Positions 52,291 through 60,686 of a stretch of 64,000 bases of DNA are shown in pieces. The notes under the pieces are model-generated. The model saw only the letters and a program-made list of their open reading frames with translations. It searched no databases and was not told the origin of the DNA. Source of the stretch: an uncultured Christensenella sp. (GTDB lineage: Bacteria > Bacillota > Clostridia > Christensenellales > UBA3700); the NCBI GenBank assembly GCA_910583735.1, contig CAJTXS010000001.1, positions 150,197 to 214,196 of the forward strand, in the 5' to 3' direction. Numbering within the stretch: position 1 is the stretch's first letter; each line of letters starts with the position of its first letter. The translations under genes were made by a program, and so were the position numbers.

Positions 52291-54120
52291 ATGAGAAAAA
52301 AGAGTGTATCCATAGGCGGACAGGCAGTAATCGAGGGCGTTATGATGCGCGGCGAGCGCAGCATGGCGACGGCTTGCCGCACAGAGAGCGGGGACATAAC
52401 GGTTGAGAGCCGCTATATCAAGCCCGTTAAAGAAAAGAACGTATTGTTCCGCATTCCCGTTATCCGCGGCGTGCTCAATTTCTTATCTTCGATGGTATCG
52501 GGCGTCAAGACGCTGATGCGCAGCGGTGAGGTGTTCGGCGAGGAAGAGGGCGAGCCGTCCAAGTTCGAGAAGTGGCTTGCCAAGACATTCAAGATAGACA
52601 TCTACAGCGTAGTGATGTTTATATCGGTTATCCTTGGCGTAGTGCTTGCGGTAGGTCTGTTCGTATTTCTTCCTTTGCTCATACGCAGAGGAATAGAGTC
52701 GCTCATACCAGAGGCATTGGCGGGCTCTGTAGGCGTAACCGTGGGTATGAACTTTGCCGAAGGCGTAATAAGGCTGATAATATTCGTATTGTATATCGCG
52801 CTTACGTCTCTTATGAAAGATATAAGACGCACTTATATGTATCACGGAGCGGAGCATAAGACTATCAACGCTTACGAGCACGATCTCCCGCTCACGGTTG
52901 AGAATGTGCAGAAGATGACTACGGTCCATGACAGGTGCGGCACCACGTTTATGGTGCTGATAATGGTTATAGGCGTGTTGGTGCTCACCGTATGCGACCT
53001 CAATCTCATCTTTTCGCTGTCGGATAACTGGGCGCCCAAGCCGTTGCAGTTCCTTGCCGATTTCGGATGGCGATTGCTGCTCATGTTCCCCATAATGGGC
53101 ATAAGCTACGAGCTGCTTAAGCTCATGGCTAAGTTCGACAACGTATTGGTCAGAGTGATTAAGGCGCCCGGGCTGTTGCTACAGAAGTTGACTACGCGTC
53201 AGCCCGACGACGCTATGGTAGAGGTTGCTATTAAGGCATTTAATACCGTGCTTGCCATGGACGCAGACTCTACCGTGCCCGAACTCACTTTCGACACCAA
53301 TATGCTCATGAAGAAAGCCCTGGAGGACCTCTCGGGATTGGTGAAAGAGGAGAGCGATTTGGATTGGATGATATGCCATGTGACAGGGCTTAAACGCTCG
53401 CAGATTAAGTCGCAGACATACATCAAGCGCTCGCAATTCGAGAGACTTAAGGATATAGCCGTAAGGCGCGCTTCGGGCGAACCGCTGTGGCAGATAATAG
53501 GCTCTTGCAACTTCTACGGCTACGATATAGACATCGACGCTACGGTGCTGTGTCCCCGTCCCGAGACGGAAGAGCTGGTATGCGAGTCGCTTAAGCGCAT
53601 AGGCGGCGGCGCGCGCATATTGGATATGTGCACGGGCAGCGGTTGCATAGCCGTTGCGGCGGCAAGTCTTACGGACGCTACGGTCGTAGCCGCCGATATA
53701 TCCGCCGACGCGCTTAAGGTTGCGAGAGGCAATATAGATAAGTTTAATCTCGGCGACAGGGTAGAGCTCGTGCAAAGCGATATGTTCGCAAGTATCGAAG
53801 GCAAGTATGACTTGATTGTGTGCAATCCTCCGTATATCCCGTCCGGCGATATTGCCGGACTGGAGCGCGAGGTCAAGGATCACGAGCCGCTCAAGGCCCT
53901 CGACGGCGGAGAGGACGGGCTCGACTACTACAGGATATTGGCTATGGACGCCTCGGCGTATCTCGATAATGCGGGATATCTCGCTCTCGAGGTCGGCGCG
54001 GGTCAAGCGGGCGCCGTTAAAGAAATGCTCGCCGCAAGCTACGACGTAGAGATAATCAAAGATATGCAGGGCGTCGAGCGCATTGTAATGGCGCGTCTTA
54101 AAGCAAAGGAGCAGCAATGA
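52291..54120 (+). CDS. prmC: Fusion protein: DUF1385 polytopic membrane domain plus release-factor glutamine N5-methyltransferase (PrmC/HemK)
   Basis: aa 1-~315: 'SIGGQAVIEGVMMRG', 'YHGAEHK', 'HDRCGT' (DUF1385). aa ~330-609: 'RASGEPLWQIIG', 'LCPRPETEELV', 'LDMCTGSGCIA', 'VCNPPYI'. One uninterrupted ORF. Confidence 0.85.
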   Translation: MRKKSVSIGGQAVIEGVMMRGERSMATACRTESGDITVESRYIKPVKEKNVLFRIPVIRGVLNFLSSMVSGVKTLMRSGEVFGEEEGEPSKFEKWLAKTFKIDIYSVVMFISVILGVVLAVGLFVFLPLLIRRGIESLIPEALAGSVGVTVGMNFAEGVIRLIIFVLYIALTSLMKDIRRTYMYHGAEHKTINAYEHDLPLTVENVQKMTTVHDRCGTTFMVLIMVIGVLVLTVCDLNLIFSLSDNWAPKPLQFLADFGWRLLLMFPIMGISYELLKLMAKFDNVLVRVIKAPGLLLQKLTTRQPDDAMVEVAIKAFNTVLAMDADSTVPELTFDTNMLMKKALEDLSGLVKEESDLDWMICHVTGLKRSQIKSQTYIKRSQFERLKDIAVRRASGEPLWQIIGSCNFYGYDIDIDATVLCPRPETEELVCESLKRIGGGARILDMCTGSGCIAVAAASLTDATVVAADISADALKVARGNIDKFNLGDRVELVQSDMFASIEGKYDLIVCNPPYIPSGDIAGLEREVKDHEPLKALDGGEDGLDYYRILAMDASAYLDNAGYLALEVGAGQAGAVKEMLAASYDVEIIKDMQGVERIVMARLKAKEQQ

Positions 54121-55187
54121 TAGATAAACTCAAGAGCATTGCAGACAGATACGCGCAGCTCTCGTCCTTGCTCTCAGACTCTTCAGTAATAGCCGATATG
54201 GATAAATGGAAGAAGTACGCCAAGGAGCACTCGGAGTGCGAGGCGGCAGCCGCGTTGTACGATAGGTATGTCAAGCTCACGGGCGATATGAGCGAGTGCG
54301 AAGAGATTATCGCCGACGGCAGCGATGCCGAGCTCGTCGCTTTGGCTAAGGAAGATATCGACAGACTTAGGAAGGACAAGGCGGCGCTCGAAGAAGAGAT
54401 ACGGGAGGCGTTGTTGCCGCAAGACCCCGACGACGGACGCAATGTTATTATAGAGATACGTTCGGGCGCCGGCGGCGAGGAAGCGGGACTGTTCGGCGCG
54501 GTGTTGCAACGTATGTATTGCAGATTTGCCGAGCGCATGCGCTGGAAGATAGAGCAGATGAGTATCAACGAGACCGACCTCGGCGGAGTAAAAGAGAGCG
54601 TCTTTATGATAAGCGGCAAGGGAGTATTCTCCATGCTCAAGTACGAGAGCGGCGTGCACAGAGTTCAGCGCGTGCCGCAGACGGAGTCGCAGGGCAGGAT
54701 ACACACATCCACCGTCACGGTCGCAGTGCTGCCCGAGGCAAAGGACGTAGACATAGAGCTTAACGAGAGCGACATCAAGGTAGATACGTACCGCTCTTCG
54801 GGCGCGGGCGGACAGCACGTAAACAAGACGGAGTCGGCAATAAGGATGACTCATATCCCTACGGGCATAGTTGTCGAGTGTCAGAACGAGCGCTCGCAGA
54901 TTAAGAACAGGGAGACGGCTTACAGCGTGCTCAAGGCGAGACTGTACGACTACTACAAGTCCATGGCGGACGACGAATACGCGCGCAATCGCCGCTCGCA
55001 GGTGGGTACGGGAGATAGGTCGGAGAGGATAAGGACGTACAATTATCCGCAAGGCAGAGTGACCGACCACCGTATAGGAATGACGCTTTACTCGCTCGAC
55101 GCATTTCTCGACGGCGATATTCTCGAGATGATTAAGGGATTGCAGATAGAAGACAGGAGAGCAAAACTTTCCGGCGGAGACGCCTGA
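54117..55187 (+). CDS. prfA: Peptide chain release factor 1
   Basis: 'RVPQTESQGRIHTST' (PxT) and 'SGAGGQHVNKTESAIR' (GGQ). ATGA overlap with the prmC fusion gene. Confidence 0.95.
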   Translation: MIDKLKSIADRYAQLSSLLSDSSVIADMDKWKKYAKEHSECEAAAALYDRYVKLTGDMSECEEIIADGSDAELVALAKEDIDRLRKDKAALEEEIREALLPQDPDDGRNVIIEIRSGAGGEEAGLFGAVLQRMYCRFAERMRWKIEQMSINETDLGGVKESVFMISGKGVFSMLKYESGVHRVQRVPQTESQGRIHTSTVTVAVLPEAKDVDIELNESDIKVDTYRSSGAGGQHVNKTESAIRMTHIPTGIVVECQNERSQIKNRETAYSVLKARLYDYYKSMADDEYARNRRSQVGTGDRSERIRTYNYPQGRVTDHRIGMTLYSLDAFLDGDILEMIKGLQIEDRRAKLSGGDA

Positions 55188-55200
55188 GGAGACTATATAG

Positions 55201-56604
55201 ATGATTAGATTGGACAAGCACAGGAATGTACTTACTGATACCACGTGGTATCCCACATTGCAAGACGTAAAAGAGCCTAACCTCTACAGAGAGATTTTCG
55301 ATTACGACAGCGTGCCCAAGACGGCGTTCAACTTCAGAAATACGCCCATGGACATGCCCGATAAGATATGGCTTACGGATACGACTTTCAGAGACGGGCA
55401 GCAGTCTACTTCTCCCTTTACGGTAGAGCAGATCAAGCACCTTTATAAACTTATGCACAAGCTGGGCGGCAAGAACGGCATGATCAGACAGAGCGAGTTC
55501 TTTCTCTATACGGATAAGGACCGCAAGGCTGTAGAGGCGTGCAGAGAGCTCGGCTACGAGTTTCCCGAGATTACCAGCTGGATAAGAGCCAATAAGGACG
55601 ATTTCGACCTTGTCAAGTCTATGGGCATAAGAGAGACGGGCATACTCGTGAGCTGCTCGGATTACCATATATTTAAGAAGATGCACATGACTCGCAGAGA
55701 GGCGGCGGATAAATATCTCGGTATAATCAAGTCGGCGCTCGATATGGGCATCGTGCCTCGCTGCCACTTCGAGGACATAACGAGAGCGGATTTCTACGGC
55801 TTCGTCGTACCATTTGCGCGCGAACTCATGAAGCTGTCAAAAGAGGCGGGTATACCTATTAAGATTAGGGCGTGCGATACGCTCGGCTACGGCATAAGCT
55901 ATCCCGGCGCGACTCTTCCTCGCTCCGTTCCCGGCATAATTGCGGGACTTAAGTATTATGCGGAGGTGCCCAGCGCTCAACTCGAGTGGCACGGACACAA
56001 CGACTTTTATAAGGTGGTTACCAATTCCGCTACGGCATGGCTTTACGGCTGCGCTTCCGTCAACTGCTCGCTGCTCGGCATAGGCGAGCGCACGGGCAAT
56101 TGTCCTTTGGAGGCAATGGTCATCGAGTATACCTCGCTCAAGGGCAAGACGGGTGGCATGGATATCTCCGTGATTACCGATATCGCCGATTACTTCGAGA
56201 GAGAGATGGGCTACTCGATACCGCCTCGCACTCCTTTCGTGGGACGCAATTTCAATACTACGAGAGCGGGCGTACATGCGGACGGCTTGCTTAAGGACGT
56301 GGAGATATACAATATCTTCAATACGGAGAAGCTCCTCAACCGCGTGCCGTTGGTTGCCGTGGACAGTCACAGCGGACTTGCGGGCATCGCATATTGGATT
56401 AACGGATATTACAAGGTGCCCAAGGACAGGGAGATTGACAAGAAGCACGCTGTCGTAGCGGCTATGAAAGATGTCATAGACGGATTATACGCCAAGGGCA
56501 GGAATACCTGTATGGGCGACGAGGAGATGGATGACATACTCCGCAATATAGATTCTAAATTACATAAAAAGCTGCAAGATGCGGTTATCGGCGAGGATTA
56601 TTGA
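55201..56604 (+). CDS. HMGL-like 2-oxoacid:acetyl-CoA condensing enzyme (LeuA/NifV/CimA family, short form; possibly Re-citrate synthase)
   Basis: 'LTDTTFRDGQQS', 'HFEDITRAD', 'EWHGHNDF', 'GIGERTGN'. 467 aa with no LeuA-dimer regulatory domain. GAGGAG SD. Confidence 0.75.
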   Translation: MIRLDKHRNVLTDTTWYPTLQDVKEPNLYREIFDYDSVPKTAFNFRNTPMDMPDKIWLTDTTFRDGQQSTSPFTVEQIKHLYKLMHKLGGKNGMIRQSEFFLYTDKDRKAVEACRELGYEFPEITSWIRANKDDFDLVKSMGIRETGILVSCSDYHIFKKMHMTRREAADKYLGIIKSALDMGIVPRCHFEDITRADFYGFVVPFARELMKLSKEAGIPIKIRACDTLGYGISYPGATLPRSVPGIIAGLKYYAEVPSAQLEWHGHNDFYKVVTNSATAWLYGCASVNCSLLGIGERTGNCPLEAMVIEYTSLKGKTGGMDISVITDIADYFEREMGYSIPPRTPFVGRNFNTTRAGVHADGLLKDVEIYNIFNTEKLLNRVPLVAVDSHSGLAGIAYWINGYYKVPKDREIDKKHAVVAAMKDVIDGLYAKGRNTCMGDEEMDDILRNIDSKLHKKLQDAVIGEDY

Positions 56605-56606
56605 TT

Positions 56607-58085
56607 ATGAATTACATCAGCACCAGGAACAAAAACATCGTGCGCACGGCTGCGCAGGCAATAGTAGAGGGCATCGCGCCCGACGGCGGATTATACGTGC
56701 CCCAGTCTTTCCCCACGCTTGACGCCAAGGAGTGGGAAGAGCTGTATGCAATGGATTACAACGGCAGGGCGGCGTATGTGCTGTCCAAATTCCTCGACGG
56801 CTATACGCTCGAGGAGCTTAGCGATTACACTCAAGACGCTTATGCCAGATTTTACGGCGACGACCCCTGTCCGCTCACGGCTCTCGGAGACGGACTGTAT
56901 GTGCTCGAACTGTGGCACGGTCCCACATGCGCGTTCAAGGATATGGCGCTTACGGTGCTTCCTCACTTGCTTACCGCAGGCAGGCGCAAGATAGGCGCTA
57001 AGGACAAGACGCTTATCCTTACCGCTACATCGGGCGATACGGGCAAGGCGGCTATGGAAGGCTTTAAGGACGTCGACGGTACGGATATCATAGTTTTCTA
57101 TCCTTCCGAGGGCGTGTCCGATATGCAGCGCAGACAGATGATTACGCAGGCGGGCGAAAATGTGCACGTATGCGCTATAGACGGCAACTTCGACGATGCG
57201 CAGACGGCTGTCAAGAGTATATTCACATCTTCGGAGATGGCGGACAAGCTCGCCAAGGACGGATATAAGCTGTCCTCCGCCAACAGCATCAACTGGGGCA
57301 GACTTGCGCCGCAGATAGCGTATTACATATCCGCGTATTGCGACCTTGTGAGCTCGGGCAAGATTAAGTTCGGCGACAAGGTAGACTTCTGTGTGCCTAC
57401 GGGCAACTTCGGCGATATACTCGCGGCTTACTACGCTATGCGCATGGGTATGCCTGTCGGTAAACTCATCTGCGCGTCCAACAGCAATAAGGTCCTTACG
57501 GATTTCTTCTCGAGCGGCGTATACGATACGGGCAGACAGTTCTACAAGACGGTCAGTCCATCCATGGATATCTTGGTTTCGTCCAATCTCGAGAGACTCC
57601 TCTTTGAGATAAGCGGAAGAGACGACGCGCTCACGGCTGAGAGGATGGCGGCGCTCAAGAGCTGCGGCAAGTACTCGATAAGCAAAGAGGAGTTAGAGAC
57701 ACTGCGCTCCCTCTTCGACGCGGGTTACACCGACGAGCAGGGCACATTCGATACCATATCCGAGGTGTACGGCGATTACGGTTATCTTGTAGACCCTCAC
57801 ACGGCGGTAGCGTTCGGCGTATATAATAATTGTAAGAGCGACAGACCTTGCGTGATAGTGTCTACCGCCAATCCCTACAAGTTCCCCGCAGATGTATACG
57901 AGGCTGTGTCGGGCGAGAGGGTGAGCGACGCGTATGCCGCGGCGGATAAGCTGTGCGCTTTGACGGGCGAGGATATACCTCAGCCGCTAAGCAATCTCGC
58001 GAGCAAGCAGGTAAGATTTACGGGCTCTATCGCGCGCGAGGCGATAGCGGACGAGGTCTTGGGATATATACGCGGCAAGGCTTGA
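56607..58085 (+). CDS. thrC: Threonine synthase (long form)
   Basis: 'YISTRN', the PLP-lysine context 'GPTCAFKDMAL', and 'TSGDTGKAA'. ATG 56607 lies 8 nt after GAGGAT. Confidence 0.92.
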   Translation: MNYISTRNKNIVRTAAQAIVEGIAPDGGLYVPQSFPTLDAKEWEELYAMDYNGRAAYVLSKFLDGYTLEELSDYTQDAYARFYGDDPCPLTALGDGLYVLELWHGPTCAFKDMALTVLPHLLTAGRRKIGAKDKTLILTATSGDTGKAAMEGFKDVDGTDIIVFYPSEGVSDMQRRQMITQAGENVHVCAIDGNFDDAQTAVKSIFTSSEMADKLAKDGYKLSSANSINWGRLAPQIAYYISAYCDLVSSGKIKFGDKVDFCVPTGNFGDILAAYYAMRMGMPVGKLICASNSNKVLTDFFSSGVYDTGRQFYKTVSPSMDILVSSNLERLLFEISGRDDALTAERMAALKSCGKYSISKEELETLRSLFDAGYTDEQGTFDTISEVYGDYGYLVDPHTAVAFGVYNNCKSDRPCVIVSTANPYKFPADVYEAVSGERVSDAYAAADKLCALTGEDIPQPLSNLASKQVRFTGSIAREAIADEVLGYIRGKA

Positions 58086-58135
58086 TTTTCTCGCGCGTAT
58101 ATTATATTGTAAATATATAAGAGGGGGTTAGCGAT

Positions 58136-59023
58136 ATGAACAAGGTGCGTAAGGCGGTTATACCCGCCGCGGGATTCGGTACGAGATTTCTTCCGGCGAC
58201 CAAGGCGATACCTAAGGAGATGTTACCGATAGTAGACATACCTACTTTGCAATATATTGTGGAGGAGGTAGTTAACAGCGGTATAACGGAGATAATCATC
58301 ATTCTCGGTAAGAACAAGAAGTGTATAGAGGACCACTTCGATATTTCGGTGGAACTCGAGCAACTTTTGATCAAGACGGGCAAGAAGGAATATCTGTCTC
58401 GCATGCGCGCAATCTCCGATATGGCGCATATACATTATGTCAGACAGAAGGAGATGAACGGCTCTGCATTCGCGGTTATGGAGGCGGAGGCGTTTATCGG
58501 CAACGAGCCTTTTGCCGTAGTATTCGGCGACGACGTGATGTACACCAAGGAGACGTCCGACGGCAGGACGGGGCTCAAGCAGTTGATTGACGCCTATTAT
58601 AATACGGGCAAGACCGTTATAGGCTGTCAGACCGTGCCTAAGGAAGAGGCTGTAAAGTACGGCGTAGTCGCCCCGGGAGCGGTCAAGGGCAGATATACTC
58701 TTATCAACGACATTATCGAGAAGCCTTCTTTGGAGCAACTTCCGTCCCAGCTTGCCAGTATGGGCAGATTCGTATTCACCCCCGACGTGTTCGATATAAT
58801 TCGCACTCTCGAGCCGCGCGGCAACGGCGAGACATATCTTACCGACGCCATACAGGTCTTGGCTAAGACGACGGGAGCATATGCTTACGATATGGAAGGC
58901 TTGCGCTATGACGTAGGCGATAAGTTCGGATTTATACAGGCGACGATAGAGTATGCGCTTCGCAACAGGGAGCTTTCGCCTAAGTTGAGCAAGTATATTA
59001 AGGATTTGGCAGGGCACATTTAA
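58136..59023 (+). CDS. galU: UTP--glucose-1-phosphate uridylyltransferase
   Basis: 'KAVIPAAGFGTRFLPATKAIPKEMLPIVD' and 'VEKP'-type 'IIEKPS'. Confidence 0.95.
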   Translation: MNKVRKAVIPAAGFGTRFLPATKAIPKEMLPIVDIPTLQYIVEEVVNSGITEIIIILGKNKKCIEDHFDISVELEQLLIKTGKKEYLSRMRAISDMAHIHYVRQKEMNGSAFAVMEAEAFIGNEPFAVVFGDDVMYTKETSDGRTGLKQLIDAYYNTGKTVIGCQTVPKEEAVKYGVVAPGAVKGRYTLINDIIEKPSLEQLPSQLASMGRFVFTPDVFDIIRTLEPRGNGETYLTDAIQVLAKTTGAYAYDMEGLRYDVGDKFGFIQATIEYALRNRELSPKLSKYIKDLAGHI

Positions 59024-59042
59024 TCATCGATTACGCAATTGC

Positions 59043-59069
59043 GACGCGGGGCAACTCGCGTCTTTTTTT
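59043..59069 (+). terminator. galU terminator
   Basis: Stem GACGCG(GG)/(CT)CGCGTC followed by T7. Confidence 0.75.
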
Positions 59070-59309
59070 ATAGCATTGCGCGTTATTCCGCAATATGATT
59101 GCATGTCGGAGCGGGCTGTTTTTATGCAAATAATTTAATAGCTATTATCGTCAATCTTGCGCCGAATTATCGCCCGGTCGATTGTTATATTATATAGGTA
59201 TAGAATAATCGCATTTAATTACATGGCAGAGCATAAAGCTGCGAGATAACTGTTGCTATGCGCATAGCATTATATAATACATTGCTTTCCGCGCCATAAA
59301 TATAACAGT

Positions 59310-60554
59310 CTACTTTTTGAATGGTATATATCCGTCGTCGTCTCCGTCCTCGAGGTCGTAACAGAGCACGGCATCCTTAATGGAAGATGCATACTTAATG
59401 GAGTTAAAGCCGTATTTTGAGCGTATCTTGTCAATGGTTTTATCCAGTCGCTCTATTCGCTCGTCGGCTTGCGGATTGTCGAACATGTTCAGTTGCACGC
59501 CCGCGCTCTCGTTTGTGAGGGAGAAAGCCGCCACGCCTATTCCTCTTAGCGGCAGGTCTCTTTCGGGATTGTAGCACTTGTCGAGCAGAGCTGCGGCGTA
59601 CTCTCTGAGCTTGGCGCTGTTGTGCGTGGGCGAGGGGATTACCGCCTGCTTAGACATGTGCGTTAGGTCGTTGTATCTTAGAGACAGCGATACGCCTTGA
59701 GCGAAGTATCCTCCCTTGCGCAGTCGTCCCGCTATTGTTTCGCACAGCATTGATATTACCGATACGCACTCGTCCTTATCCGATACGTCGCGCGGCATAG
59801 TGGTGGAGTTGCCCACGCTCTTGTGCACGGTGCCGTTGTAGTATTCTCTTACGTCAGAGCTCTCTTCGCCCATTGCGTAAGAGCGCAACTTGTCGCCGTT
59901 TATGCCGAACTTGGCTCTGAGCACTCCGATATCCGTATTGGCAAGGTCGCCTATTGTATTTACGCCCATAGATTGCAGCTTTGCCTGCGTCTTTTTGCCT
60001 ATCATCAGCAGCTCGCCCACGGGCAGCGGCCATATTGTTTGCTTAAAGTCGTCCTTGCTTATTACGGTGGTCGCGTCGGGCTTCTTCATATCCGAGCCCA
60101 ATTTAGCGAATACTTTTGTGAACGACACGCCCACAGACACCGTTATACCTATCTCTCGCTTTACGCGCTCGCGTATCTTGTCGGCTATCTCTTTGCCGCT
60201 GCCCATGAGTTTAAGCGAGCCTGTCACGTCCAGCCAGCACTCATCTATACCGAAAGGCTCCACTTTGTCGGTATACTGCGTGTATATGTCGAATATCTTA
60301 TCGGATATTTCCACATATTTTTCAAAGTGCGGCGGCACGAGCACGAGGTTAGGGCATTTCGACATGGCGGAGTGTATCGTCTCGGCGGTCTTTACGCCGT
60401 AGCTCTTAGCCAGCTCGTTTTTTGCAAGTACTATGCCGTGTCTCTTTGCGGGGTCGCCGCATACGGCTACGGCTTTTCCTTTAAGCGAGCTATCGAGCAT
60501 ACATTCTACCGATGCGTAGAAGTTATTGGCGTCGCAGTGCAGTATCGTCCTCAT
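59310..60554 (-). CDS. dinB: DNA polymerase IV (Y-family)
   Basis: 'ILHCDANNFYASVE', 'FGIDECWLDV', 'VSVGVSFTKVFAK'. I use the start 'MRTILHCD' (60554) rather than track start 60644. Confidence 0.9.
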   Translation of the reverse strand: MRTILHCDANNFYASVECMLDSSLKGKAVAVCGDPAKRHGIVLAKNELAKSYGVKTAETIHSAMSKCPNLVLVPPHFEKYVEISDKIFDIYTQYTDKVEPFGIDECWLDVTGSLKLMGSGKEIADKIRERVKREIGITVSVGVSFTKVFAKLGSDMKKPDATTVISKDDFKQTIWPLPVGELLMIGKKTQAKLQSMGVNTIGDLANTDIGVLRAKFGINGDKLRSYAMGEESSDVREYYNGTVHKSVGNSTTMPRDVSDKDECVSVISMLCETIAGRLRKGGYFAQGVSLSLRYNDLTHMSKQAVIPSPTHNSAKLREYAAALLDKCYNPERDLPLRGIGVAAFSLTNESAGVQLNMFDNPQADERIERLDKTIDKIRSKYGFNSIKYASSIKDAVLCYDLEDGDDDGYIPFKK

Positions 60555-60649
60555 ACATTGTATTATACTCTCATTTCGCACAGATAAGCGAATATAATTA
60601 CGTAAATTTGCACAATCGAAGTTAGCTTCTATGAAATATTGCATAATAA

Positions 60650-60678
60650 TTGAGATTTTTCAAGGTCTATGTTATAAT
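60650..60678 (+). promoter_or_regulatory. Promoter TTGAGA-17-(TGt)TATAAT abutting the start of the 1056-aa envelope protein gene
   Basis: -35 at 60650..60655 and an extended -10 at 60670..60678. ATG 60687 follows after 8 nt with no SD. Confidence 0.5.
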
Positions 60679-60686
60679 CATTGCAT

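Noticed and set aside
60617-60629. CGAAGTTAGCTTC near dinB as a LexA box.
   Set aside because: It is palindromic, but both half-sites differ from GAAC/GTTC at the position that is normally invariant. There is no canonical GAAC or GTTC in the whole 132-bp region. I mention it only as a test target, not as a feature.
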